A stretch of 60,833 bases of DNA, counting the filler, from Asterionella formosa (lineage: Eukaryota), in the NCBI GenBank assembly GCA_002256025.1. It is 13 parts of 13 records of this genome, joined end to end, with 100 filler letters (N's around TTAATTAATTAA, not from the genome) between each part and the next. Parts side by side here need not be neighbours in the genome. Positions count along the whole stretch, not along the records: positions 37,574 to 42,155 come from NKIB01013453.1; positions 42,256 to 46,830 come from NKIB01013454.1; positions 46,931 to 51,499 come from NKIB01013455.1; 10 more parts are not named here. One strand, given 5' to 3'. The translations under genes and the position numbers were made by a program. Positions 38,729 through 50,190 of the stretch are shown piece after piece; positions within the stretch are counted from its first letter, which is position 1, and the number at the start of each line of letters is the position of its first letter. The notes beneath the pieces are model-generated. The model was not told where the DNA came from and made no database searches. It saw only the letters and a list, made by a program, of their open reading frames with translations.

Positions 38729-41189
38729 CATGCCATGGCTGCTCTTGGCTGACAGCTGCCAAGTCAAGTACAAACACAACGAGCGAGGGTGCACAAAAGA
38801 CAGTCCAATTTTAATCGACTGGCTGATACTTAGTTGTGAGACTCACCATTCTGCAATGGGGTGGACTTTGATCATTGCTTCGTTCAAAGCACAATCAATT
38901 CGAATGCTGTCCAGTGAAACAGCCAATGAAAACAATTGTGGCGAAAAAGCGCAGAACAGATCAGCAAGAGATTTCATAGGAATTAAAAAAAACAGCAGAG
39001 CATATATGATGCACTGCTCTTTGTGTAGACTAGCTATATTTGATCATTTCCATATTTCATACTATACAGGTGCATGGATGACTCCTCCTGCCCTTTCATT
39101 AGCTAGTAGATATGCAGCCATGTTGCGATAATTCTACAGGACCTATAGGATTGGTAGTCTGGTGGTCATCACTCCCGCATTGTATATACCAGTAGGAGTC
39201 ATGTATGCATGCATGCTGCGATAATTCTTACAAGACATAAAAATTTTTTCCGGACTGTATACAGGGGAGGAAAGGGTTGCATGCATGAGCAACGACTACT
39301 CCGGTATAAACTATGATCTTTAATCGATGATTCTTGATTCGTTTATCCTATAAATTTGATCATAACATATTGATCATATGATGAACGGCGTCATTGATGA
39401 GAAAATGAACGATCAACATTTATTTTCAAGAATCAGGATTAATTGATCTTAAAAATATGATCAAATGATCCTAAACACATGAGCATATTCAGTTTTCCGC
39501 TGCACTATTGTGGTATTTCCATGATGGAAGTAATTACCAGCAATTATACAGTACTACCGGTAGGCCATATGAATTTTGGTCAATATGTCTATATACATAA
39601 ATGTATGATTTCGACCATTGAAAAAATTGGTGATAACTCCTGTTTATTAAGGGGCTTAATTAAATCAGCCACTGACTTGTTGTAGGTACAAGAATTGACA
39701 CAAACAAATTGAAAAAACTCAACAGGTCGTGGAAAACTATGAACTCATCATGCATTGTATATATTTGGACTATGTGTAATCAAAATTGATATTAGTATAC
39801 ACAGGATGTGCCGTATAATGAGCGTGTTTAAAACTATGCAAATGTTCAACTACTATATATACATTTAAACTTCTTACAAATCTTTATATATATGCATTCA
39901 TGGCTGAAACATTTGAATTCATGTTTTCATGCATACACTTTGCTCCTGAAATGAAGGATTAACACACATGATGACGCGGAAAACGAAAGTGATAATACAG
40001 CACAATGATACTTGCGGCTTAGAAGAGAAGGGCGGAATCAATTGATGGTAAGGCAAGAGCAAATGCCTTTCATGTTCCTTGTCATGCTGCATCCAATTCC
40101 TCAAATGAAGGATCTCAAGCAACACATGATGCGAAAAACTGAAGTGACAATACAGCACGATAAGAATGAGTGAATATGATGGAGAAGGGCGGAATCAACA
40201 ACAAGCTGTGCATAGCATCACGGTTTGTCAAGAGCAAATGCCAAGATGATCAATTGCTGGGATTAAAAATACGGAATGACTCGTCCCCTTTCAGTGATTC
40301 AATAGATCCTTTTCGATTTGGTGGCTGGCCAACCATCAATGTGGACAAAAGAAATCGGTAAGTGCTATCATCTTTGAATCAATCTACAACTGTTAGAAAA
40401 ACTGACACATGTGCGTGTGTTGCTTCTTTCAGGATAATGGTAGACAAATAGTATTTGTAAGTTACAAACAGCAGTGTTGGAGACACATTCTTCTACAGAA
40501 ATATGCATCAGTTACCTCCTCAATTTGTGGTAAGTGAAGGCAGATAGAAGCGAAATGCATGTTGTTGTGTAAGCAAAACATGAACAGCTAACAATGAATT
40601 GCTTCTCTTTGTTAGTATGGCTGCTTGGAACAACGAAACGGATTCAATAGTGCGTGAATGCAAACTCAGAACAACCCTCAGGAGTAAATGGAACAAAGCA
40701 GGGGAACAACGGCAAGGCAACCAGCACTACTAGTACAACAACCTTAAAAAAAATTGGATTGGGGGGAATGTGGAAGTGAAAGTGAAAGCTGAAGCACCAA
40801 TCATTGCGATGAGAGCATTGTCGAACATTCTGTAGCAACTCAAGATGTAGAAACATAAAACAATTCTTAATATAGTTCTAAATTTTGATCAATTTCATCC
40901 TAGTTTAGACAGTGATATCGATGAGAATTACAATCATGCTAAGATAGATGTATGACAAAAGTATACACAACATATGACCATGTTTAATTAATTATATGAT
41001 GCAATGGTGGTATTATAACTATGATAGTCTCATCATACTTCAAGCTCGGTAAAAGTTTACTGCATGATCATAATTATATAATTCATTGATCATATTTTTG
41101 ATCGAAAAACTATCATATATTTGAAAATTCTGTGCCACTTAGCGTACAATACCCTTGATCATATATTCATGATATTTTTTATTTATAGA

Positions 41190-41318
41190 CGAGTGAAACT
41201 GTTCGACAAAAACGGGCGGTCTAAAGCCATGGATATGCATTTCCATTGGGTCCGTGATCAAGTTTGCCTAGGGCAATTTCTTGTTTATTGGAAGAAAGGC
41301 AGCTTAAATTGTGCCGAT
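41190..41318 (+). pseudogene. Short copia RNase H remnant
   Basis: RSKAMDMHFHWVRDQVCLGQFLVYWKKGSLNCAD, close to the intact RNase H at 42531-42633. Similarity stops abruptly at 41318-41319. Confidence 0.85.
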
Positions 41319-41326
41319 TGCTGAAG

Positions 41327-41508
41327 GCAATACACGCCCGAGGTGGTCTCTTGCCTGCGAGTATACATGTGTTCGAGGCTGGGTGGCGCGAGTAGGTTGA
41401 CCGTACGAGTGGCGCCCCCGGCGCTGCGAGAAGGTCACCCTACGAGTGCCATCCCAGTCGAGTACACATGTTTACGAGAAGGCAAGTAGCCGCCGAGAAG
41501 GGTATTGC
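41327..41508 (+). other. Rod-like fold-back with five opposed CGAG/CGAG (tandem G.A) motifs; candidate structured RNA or ssDNA element
   Basis: CGAG at 41339, 41358, 41374, 41389, 41406 and at 41427, 41443, 41459, 41475, 41494, symmetric about ~41418. Intervening segments are complementary with G-T wobbles. Closing helix GCAATAC/GTATTGC. The structure is seen in sequence; transcription is unknown. Confidence 0.75.
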
Positions 41509-41785
41509 TGAGGCAATTCCCGCTCTAGCTATCGTCGCGTCATTCGCTTACCTACTGCCCACAAATTTAGCATAAATGTCAATTTTAGCCTACTATTGCC
41601 CATCATATAAAACATATTTTGGATATTTCCTATCTTCACCTCGAAAATTGCCAAAGGTCCGATATTGCCCATCATTAAAATATATTTTATATATTTCATA
41701 TGTTCGCATTTTGGCAAGACAACAGACACCAATTGCCCCTCGGTTTTCCAGCGCTGGGATTGCCGAAATCGGCAAGGGGTCTACT
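41509..41785. mobile_element. Probable DNA-transposon end with ATTGCC/GGCAA subterminal motifs and terminal palindromes
   Basis: ATTGCC recurs near 41595, 41648, 41664, 41732 and 41759. Palindromes CCAGCGCTGG and TTGCCGA-AA-TCGGCAA lie just before AGGGGTCT. Confidence 0.45.
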
Positions 41786-42255
41786 TAAGGCAACCATTTT
41801 ATATACTATTCAGATTCGAATAATTTATATCTAGAATTCACCTCGTTTTTGTTCGTCTCCTGATAAGTTGACTCCAGCAATTCACCTTTCACCATGCCAA
41901 TCGCCGTCCATCATGACCGGTTTGAAGCGAAATCAGTTCCGCGATGACGCCAGTAGCGATTCTTTGCCTAACGGATGCGGTTGATTGTTGGATTGCTTGT
42001 CTTCTCGAGGTATTCATGTAGTCGCATCGTCCATATTTCGTCGGACGCACGATGATATCGATACATCTGATGTTGGTGGCAAGTTTTTGCTCCGGTCATG
42101 TATGTAATGATGCTTAACGGATATTCTACCGGTACCGGCAGTCATCTAGTCTACANNNNNNNNNNNNNNNNNNNNNNNNNNNNNNNNNNNNNNNNNNNNT
42201 TAATTAATTAANNNNNNNNNNNNNNNNNNNNNNNNNNNNNNNNNNNNNNNNNNNN

Positions 42256-42974
42256 GCATTCACTTTCTCAGCTGTAAACCCGTGTCTCCACCTAGCCTCA
42301 CTACATCCATCCCTCCTCTTAACGGTGCTATTTACGTCCACTGTCAAATTCTTAAGGAGGTTGTATCAAGTGCTGCTGAGGCCGAATTAGCTGCTTTATT
42401 CCACAATGGCAAAGAGGCATATGCTATTCGCACCATTCTTGCTGAGCTTGGTCATCCCCAACCTTCTACCCGTATTGTCACCGATAATAGCACTGCCAGT
42501 GGCATCGCCAATGATACTGTCCGAAAAAAACGTTCCAAAGCTATGGATATGCGTTATTACTGGGTACGCGATCGGGTTCGCCAAGGCCAATTTCTTGTAT
42601 ACTGGAAAAAAGGTAGTTTGAATCGTGCTGATTATTTCACTAAACATCATCCCGCTTCCCATCATATGTTGATGCGCCCGCACTACCTCCATTGCCCTCC
42701 ATCCCTCCCTAGTCCTCCTAACTATTATGCGTGCTTGGCTTCCGATGCTGATAGCATCTCCCTCCCCGCTCCTGTTCTCCTGCCTGCATCTGTTGGTGAG
42801 GGTGTGTTAATATCTGCATATGATGCTCCATACATGCGCCGTACGAACCATACCGGCGCAGCCACCAGATTAGGTACATGCGTGAGTGCTGACAACGATG
42901 TACTTGGAACAGCAATAGAATAGTCATAATTTTGTAGTTCACCTTTATTCACGATAAGGTTCCCCTCAACAACA
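42256..42974 (+). mobile_element. 3' end of a diatom-type Ty1/copia element: RNase H, PPT and ~170-bp 3' LTR (42805 to 42971/42974)
   Basis: SSAAEAELAALF, TDNSTA, KAMDMRYYWVRDR, NRADYFTKHH. GGTGAGGGTG followed by TGTT...AACA. Confidence 0.9.
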
Positions 42975-43300
42975 TTGACTTGCTTTGGTAGAAAAAAGGC
43001 AACATGCTACTGTACTATTATACAACCGGACCCTGGTACCTGGTACCACCTACTTGCCCGTATGTGGCGAGCGGTATACTTATTTACTATGTATTCCATT
43101 GTTAAAATTAAAAACAATCACCAAGAAAAAACTAATCACAATCAACAGCCAGCCGTGATCACACATTTTGCTTGCTTCTTGAAGATTGCAACCGCACATA
43201 TTTTCTATTGTTGCTGACATGATGTTTTATTAGAATTCTATATATTTTTTAAAATTGTCAGACTTTCACAACACGCACGCACAGCCACCCCGTGATTAAC

Positions 43301-43494
43301 ATGGAGGATGCTCTGGATCGGATGATGGCTGGTGTGGCGTCGGCACACGAGCAGTCTCCCAAATTCATTCCGTCAAAGGAATGGATGGGATCCAAGCCAG
43401 GCTATTATTTCGGCTCAACGCAGGAACGCGGTCTTGGATATCATTGGGATCAGCACACCATCACCACCACGCATCCAGATTCTCATCTAGAACA

Positions 43495-43528
<34 letters not shown>

Positions 43529-45124
43529 AGTTTGCGCAAACGAGCTAGAATTGATACTTCGAAGAATCAGATCAAATTGCTTTCACCAGACGAACTCTTG
43601 AGAGAAGCGGAAGCGTCAGTAGACCCACATGCGAAAATCATGGATCTTTCGCAAAAAGGCATCCAGCAGGCGTGTATAAGTTTACGAAAGGCTTTGTCGA
43701 AGAATTCTCTGGAACGGGCACAGAATCTTGATTCACCAGAAAATTACATGGACTCCGAGTTAGCGTTGCATGAACAGATCCAGGCCTTTAGCTCCATTGC
43801 CTCGACCCCATGGCTATTTCCTATCCTTCTCGAAGAACACGTCCTTGAGGAATTTTCCACGATACTTTCCCACGAAAATACAGATATTGCGCTCACCGTC
43901 ATTCAAATATTAGTGGAGTGGTTGGATCCAACCCTAGGTAATAGTGTTGAACGCCTGGCAATGTATGTTGCCCATGAATGTTTGGAGCTCGTTGTGGCAA
44001 ATCTTGGTCGATTGAACCCAAACGATGAGGAAGATAGACAAGGAATGGAATACATTCTCTCCCTTGTAGAGAATATAATGGAGCTCAATGTGGGTGGCGT
44101 TGAAAAGACATGTCTAGTCCCGTGGTTATTTCAACACTTGTCTGAAGGTCGACCGGCGGAAGTGTTGGCTCTGGTATTTCAACAGGAGTCTGTCCACACC
44201 TTTTACCCTGACTTGACTCGATTGCCGCCATTTACGTCATCACTTATTGAAGACGATGGAATGAAGGCAGCCTCTACCATGGATGGTATGGAGCTCATTC
44301 TCCAGGCGATTGCCAAGTACCGCAAGGTGCAACCGGAAACGGAGGATCAGGTTGAGCACCTGGAGAATATGTGCACCATTCTTGCTTCAGCATTGGCATT
44401 TTCTACACAAAATATACCAAAGTTTCAGGAACGACAGGGAGTGGAACTGGTGCTGAGGTGCATTCGAGAGAAGATGCATAGTGGTGGAGTTGGTCTCCAG
44501 CTGTTGGATATCAGAGACAAGGCCAGTTGTGAACATTTAGTCGTTGCTGGAGGTCTCAAATCGTTATTTCCATTGTTCATGGGGAGGGCTATTCCAAAAC
44601 CAGCTCCTTGCAGTGACGCAGGACATGGGAACAAAAAGGCACGAAAGGAATGGTTGTTGCGAATGGAGCACAACTTGATTCACATTATCTACAATTGGAT
44701 TCGATTTCTTGACAAGGACTCGCCAGAAGATGCTTTAGAACGCCTGCTCGTCAAGTTCCTTGAAAATGACTGCGAAAAATGCGATCGTTTGGTCGAGCTA
44801 TTGCTAGGCTACGATCAAAGAAGTCGCTTGGCGGAATACAAATTCTATCGATCGGACATAGAAGAGAGTCTTGTCAAGGAAGAAGTAGAGTTGGCTGCAA
44901 TGGAAGCGAAATTAAGTGGAGGTGGGGATTTCTTCCATAGGCTAGGAGCCATTTCTGCATTTTGTTGTGTCCATTCGAAAACGTGCCATGCTCACATCCT
45001 TCAGCAACTTACACTTCAAAAGTCGGGGATTGGGATTGTGAAAACCGCTGTAGAAGATTTCATTTCCGTCCTGGAGGACGGAAACCAAAAAGTTCAACTA
45101 ATAAGCTATCTCGAAAGAATATAG
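43301..45124 (+). CDS. CTNNBL1: Beta-catenin-like protein 1 (Prp19/CDC5L spliceosome complex)
   Basis: Intronless ORF with PENYMDSELALHE, LSHENTDIAL, EHLENM, GGLKSLFPLFMG and ERLLVKFLENDCEKCDRLVEL. Confidence 0.9.
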
Positions 45125-45368
45125 AGTACATGACCAACGAACTGGCAAAATTCGTATTTCTGTATTCGCTGTTCATACTTCTGCATTCCTTGAACTACTT
45201 ATCCCGCCCGAAGTACCTCCGCGGACAAACTGTTTGCTTTTAGTTACTTCAACAACTAGAATACATTAGACCGACGAGCGACAAAGTCGCGATTGCTGCA
45301 ATGGGAGCGTAGGTTACTGCTCACCACAAATATCTAAGCATTTGTGAAATGTTACCAATAACACAACG

Positions 45369-46607
45369 CTATCTAGAGATACCAAAGATTTGCTGTCCTT
45401 GCAATTTGTATAAAACTTTGACATATTCATAAAGCTCCAAATCAAACTTGTTGACAGCGGCAATGGCATTCCACTCGGCACCATACTTTTCAATCGCTGG
45501 ATGATCATGCCGAGCATCACCTGCGGAAAGAACTGCCGATTGACACCTCGCAGGTCGGTCCGTAGTTGCTCCCTTGGACCATCCAAAGTACACTTGAAAG
45601 CGCGCCAAACTGGGCCCAATATCTTCATAAAGGCCGACAAGGCATTTGGTCCTTACGACTTCCTTGGCATCGAGCATGTCATTTTTGCTCAGACGACCAC
45701 CAGGTTTATTCACCAAAAATCGAGTCATCCAGTTATTTTCAATAGAACTGCTTTGTGCGTAGTCTTTCAGCGTCATGGTGCTAATCTTTGGATTGTACAT
45801 TGGATCCCATGAAGCGGTTGGTAGATAATTGTACATACTAATGGCGCGGTCTATAGGGTCACGAAAAAGAGCAAACATCCGTCCCTGTTGTTGAGAACTG
45901 AATATGCTTGAGACAAAGAGGTGAAGGTATGGAGAAATGGTGACATCTGCCATTTTCGTTTCCGCCAATCTCAGTTCTTTGGCTCGTTGAATCCCAGATT
46001 TGGTGTATGTATCCACATTGACATATATGGCCCCATCTTCCATCTCAAACACTTCCAATTTTTCTTCATTATAATTTGGCTGTTTTAGGCCATGTTCACA
46101 GGCTTGAATCAGGAAGTGGCACTTGCTAAAGACTGATTCCGCCAAGGATTCGCCGGCGAAATGAATATCCCAAAAATAGGGAACTTCTATCCTTGGATTG
46201 TACGTTGTCGATAGGTCTGCCAGATATTTGAGCGCTTTGGGTACCCGGGCACCCAATCGGTTGCCTCGTGACAGCTGCTGACTTTCTGGTGCGCTCGTGG
46301 ATGGCTCTGGTGTACGCGAGATCATAGAAGTCACCATGGCGGCCTTTTTCATGTTTTGATACACCAAAAAGCAAAAGAGGAGAAGAATGCCAGGCGAAAT
46401 TTGCTTCAGGAGCCAGAACAAAATCCGCTTGGATGATGAGGCGCTCTTGCCTTTTATAGAGAGAAGGTTATCGTCGGTCTGGGGAGGGACCACTGTTGTT
46501 GACTTTGTGTATGTGCTAGTTCGATAGTTTCGTAAGTGTTCTGCCGATTGTCGTGATCGACTAGGATCTTGCGGGCGAATGCTCGACGCTGTAGGTCTAG
46601 GCGGCAT
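45369..46607 (-). CDS. Type II membrane sulfotransferase-like protein
   Basis: Single N-terminal TM segment; 3'-PB motif FRDPIDRAISMYNY; NNWMTRFL, LVGLYE and NKFDLELYEY as in the Golgi sulfotransferase fold. Confidence 0.75.
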   Translation of the reverse strand: MPPRPTASSIRPQDPSRSRQSAEHLRNYRTSTYTKSTTVVPPQTDDNLLSIKGKSASSSKRILFWLLKQISPGILLLFCFLVYQNMKKAAMVTSMISRTPEPSTSAPESQQLSRGNRLGARVPKALKYLADLSTTYNPRIEVPYFWDIHFAGESLAESVFSKCHFLIQACEHGLKQPNYNEEKLEVFEMEDGAIYVNVDTYTKSGIQRAKELRLAETKMADVTISPYLHLFVSSIFSSQQQGRMFALFRDPIDRAISMYNYLPTASWDPMYNPKISTMTLKDYAQSSSIENNWMTRFLVNKPGGRLSKNDMLDAKEVVRTKCLVGLYEDIGPSLARFQVYFGWSKGATTDRPARCQSAVLSAGDARHDHPAIEKYGAEWNAIAAVNKFDLELYEYVKVLYKLQGQQIFGISR

Positions 46608-46930
46608 GGTGATGGTGGTATGAATGTCATATAACCAAAAGCTGCTTCAAGTAAGGATCAGTTACGACAGTGTCTTGCGGGCGTCCATCAAGTATAAGGC
46701 GGGTGGCAATCATTTTTAAGAGTAATGCCCAAAAACAGGCTACCGGGAAAACCGGAATATGTTGTATGTGGTAAGCATACATAATATTGGGGGGGGGGGG
46801 GAGGGCCTGAAAATTTCCTTCCAAGCGGGGNNNNNNNNNNNNNNNNNNNNNNNNNNNNNNNNNNNNNNNNNNNNTTAATTAATTAANNNNNNNNNNNNNN
46901 NNNNNNNNNNNNNNNNNNNNNNNNNNNNNN

Positions 46931-47544
46931 TTCTTTCTGTTCTTGCTGATGGACTCGAACTGTCGACCTCTGGTTTTCATGTTCTTCCTCGTACCACTTG
47001 TACTAACGAGCCCGCTACCATGTTGAAATATATGGCGCTACTCTAGCGCGCTCCAGTACTGCCCTGGAATGACCGGTCAAGATCTTTCTCACGCCTGTCG
47101 ACATTAACAGCCTAACAGACACAATCTGACACCCTCCCCTGTTGATGCTCGACATACCACATCATCCTAATGTGTATGCTCGACACATCCTTTCCTACAG
47201 GAATTCTCATAGTGCCTTCTCGTTTTCTACGTCTCTGTTTTTCTTTTTCTCTTCTCTCTTTTTCTTTCTGTTCTTGCTGATGGACTCGAACTGTCGACCT
47301 CTGGTTTTCATGTTCTTCCTCGTACCACTTGTACTAACGAGCCCGCTACCATGTTGAAATATATGGCGCTACTCTAGCGCGCTCCAGTACTGCCCTGGAA
47401 TGACCGGTCAAGATCTTTCTCACGCCGCTCGTCTGCAGCTTCTTCTGCTATTTTAATCCTGTCTATTTCCGTTTAGACATTCCTCAGAATACCTAGTCTT
47501 CGGACACCTGTCGACATCAACAGCCTAACAGACACACTCTGACA
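46931..47544 (-). mobile_element. Two tandem LTR-like units with a polypurine tract between them
   Basis: TGTCAG termini at 47544 and 47131. AGGGGAGGG (47140-47132) directly precedes the second. 46931-47095 is identical by eye to 47262-47425. Confidence 0.7.
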
Positions 47545-48288
47545 CAAAGTAACAGCCAGAACAGTTTTTATTGTAGCATCACTTGCAACAGGAGCGAATG
47601 TTTCAGTAAAATCAACTCCCGGGATCTGTTCATATCCCTTTACAACCAACCGTGCCTTGTATACTGTCTTTCCGGTTATCACGTCCTCCTTGATACGGAA
47701 GACCCATCTTGTCTTAAGAGCTCTCTTGTTCACGTCATTTCTCTTAACTATTTTCCACACTCCTCTTGCTTGGAAGTTTTCAAATTCTTTCTTTATAGCT
47801 TTCATCCACTCTTTGCGATCAGGTCTTACCATTGCCTCATCATAACTATTTGGTAAACCTGGGTCCGATGCAAAACTTGCATTGAATACGAAATTTACTT
47901 CAGTTTCCTTATTCAAAGAAGCTTCCTCCTCAATCACATTTGGTAGTGAAGTGTCTGGAGGGAATTTAACATTTTTAGTTGGATTGTATGATGAGTCCAA
48001 CTTCTTCATTTCTCGTTCCAACTTTGCCTGTTGCTTCAAAACATTTCTCTTTTCTAGGTCAGAAATTTCATCACTCCTTGAGGTAGATTTTCCTTTTTCA
48101 GTGTCTGCGGTTGATTTATCCTTGTCGTCATCATCTTCCTTGTTGTCTGAACCTTCTGGTAGTAAATCTTCATTGTAGAAATCATCATCTAATCCATCAT
48201 TATTGACTTCAGCTTCTGGTTGAACTGTTACTTTCTCTTTATAGTGTTTCAACATCTGCTTCCATCCTGTTATCTTGCCATTTGTCAA
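47545..48288 (-). mobile_element. Ty1/copia pol fragment (linker and RT N-terminus), truncated at both ends
   Basis: PNSYDEAM, WMKAIKKEF, KTRWVFRIK, YKARLVVKGYEQIPGVDFTETFAPV. Confidence 0.92.
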
Positions 48289-48289
48289 A

Positions 48290-48515
48290 ATCTTTTCAAA
48301 TCTTTAAGTCTGCGCATATGTATTGTCTTGTTGCTCATATTGAAAATGACTTATCCTTTTTGTTATTAACAACACTTATTCCCTTGTTGACAACAAGCTC
48401 TCAAGCACCACAGACTTGAAGTTCTTGTTCCCCTTCTACCTCCTCAAAGCAACCCTACAGTAGAAATTCCTGGTGCAACCCCAAGAATACTCAATTCCCT
48501 CTCCTACAAGTTCAC
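48290..48515 (-). pseudogene. Tc1/IS630-like transposase relic, paralogue of 5730-5950
   Basis: Nucleotide similarity to 5730-5950, including the GEGIEYS-coding segment. Confidence 0.6.
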
Positions 48516-48899
48516 AGTGATATTGTGGTGTTCAGTCAACAAGAACTCCCAATTCCCTTCAAAATGACTGCAATAGTTTCTACTACTTCCTAAAAATCAA
48601 GACAGTTTCACTAATATTGACAACAAAAATGGAAGTCGCCGATGGCGCATTTTTCATGTAATGTAAATATTCACAGTTTTTAAAATGATGATGGTTTGAG
48701 CTGATTTGACACTGTCCTATACAGAAGCTGCACAACAGACATTACAATGACTAATACAATAACATGATTAATTGAAGCAAAAGATGTGAAATAAGTTATT
48801 CATTAACGGAGAATTGATTGATTATATCAACATTAGCAATTTGTGAAGTAGTCATAGATGCATGTATCAGCTGACAAATGTGAAGCATGTCAAAACTAC

Positions 48900-50190
48900 T
48901 AATGATCATGCCACAATATGCAGCAGCCCCTTCAAGGAGAAGTTGCGCAAGTTATACAGAACACATTACAAGGAGAGGAAATCCAAAGAATCATGCAACT
49001 GGTCGATACTTTTTCTTGAAACTTTCTTTAAGGCCATATATTTGACTGAACCAAATGGAACAGAAGCGAATAGATTCAGGCGCATGTTCAGGATACCTTT
49101 TTCAGTTTTCACAGATCAGCTACTTGATTTAGCTGTTGAAAAATGGTGGCCATTATAGAAGCCCGACAAAGTTGATTTGGAGCTTAAATTACTTGGAGCT
49201 CTATTTACACTTGGGACAACTGCTACTCATTTTGTTGTCAGTATGAACACAAATTTGAGTGAAGAAAATCATCGCTCATTCTTTATCAATTGAACAGAGA
49301 AAATGGCATCAGTTCAACATGACTTAATCAACATGCCAAGTGATTATGAACAATACAGTTCTGTGATCAATGAATACAGTGACATGGGACTTCCTGGATA
49401 TGTTGGATCAGTTGATTGTGTACACATTGGCTGAGACCAGTGCCCTAGTCAATATTTTCATATGTACACAGGCAAAGAGGCTTTTCCTTCCATTTGTAAA
49501 TGAGATCATGTGCATAAGCCGAAAATTCATTCAGGCAGTTTCACCTGGCCATCCTGAAGCTAGAAATGATAAACACATAGTCAGAACCGATGTTGCAGTG
49601 CTGAAACTTTTACAAGGCAATGGATGGCTACATTCAAAAGGATAGATTGCACTAGTAAGCGGAGCAGGAAACTATCAATCATTTCATGGGCTATACCTTA
49701 TTTTGCGATGGTGGATATCTTCGCTGTCAATGTCTTGTATATCCCCTAAAAACAGGACTTGCTGGCATTCAGACAATAAGGTGGGCAGCTATCATGCTTG
49801 AGTCTGTTCGCAAAGACATTGAAGGAGTCTTTGATATGATGAAAAAGCGGTTTGCATTCCTTAAGGTTTTCAACCACATGAATCGTCAACAGCATATTGA
49901 CAATTCATTTGTCATATGCTGTATACTCCATAATACTCTATTGAAAGAAGATGGATAACTCAACAGTGATTTACTACTATCTGACTATCTAAGTGGAGTG
50001 AAGGCATGACTAAACAAAATTACTAATGATCCAAGGGGAGATGGTCTATGGATATGTGATGGGTGCTGCAATAATGATACCATTAAGGCGGCATTAGCAG
50101 ACACAGTAAATAATCCTGATTTGGAAAGCCAGTCGTGGCTACTAGCTCGCACTCAGTCATTGATGAACCATTTCCAGCCAGTTTGAATAG
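48900..50190 (+). pseudogene. PIF/Harbinger transposase pseudogene
   Basis: FRRMFRIP, GLPGYVGSVDCVH, YTGKE, ARNDKHIV, CDGGY and ESVRKDIEGVFDMMKKRF..CCILHN, broken by stops and frameshifts. Confidence 0.85.

Noticed and set aside
41339..41497. CGAG units with unique spacers as a mini-CRISPR, kink-turn array or hammerhead ribozyme
   Set aside because: The repeat is only 4 nt and the spacers pair with one another. There is no 3-nt bulge next to the G.A pairs as a kink-turn needs, and no CUGANGA/GAAA hammerhead core.
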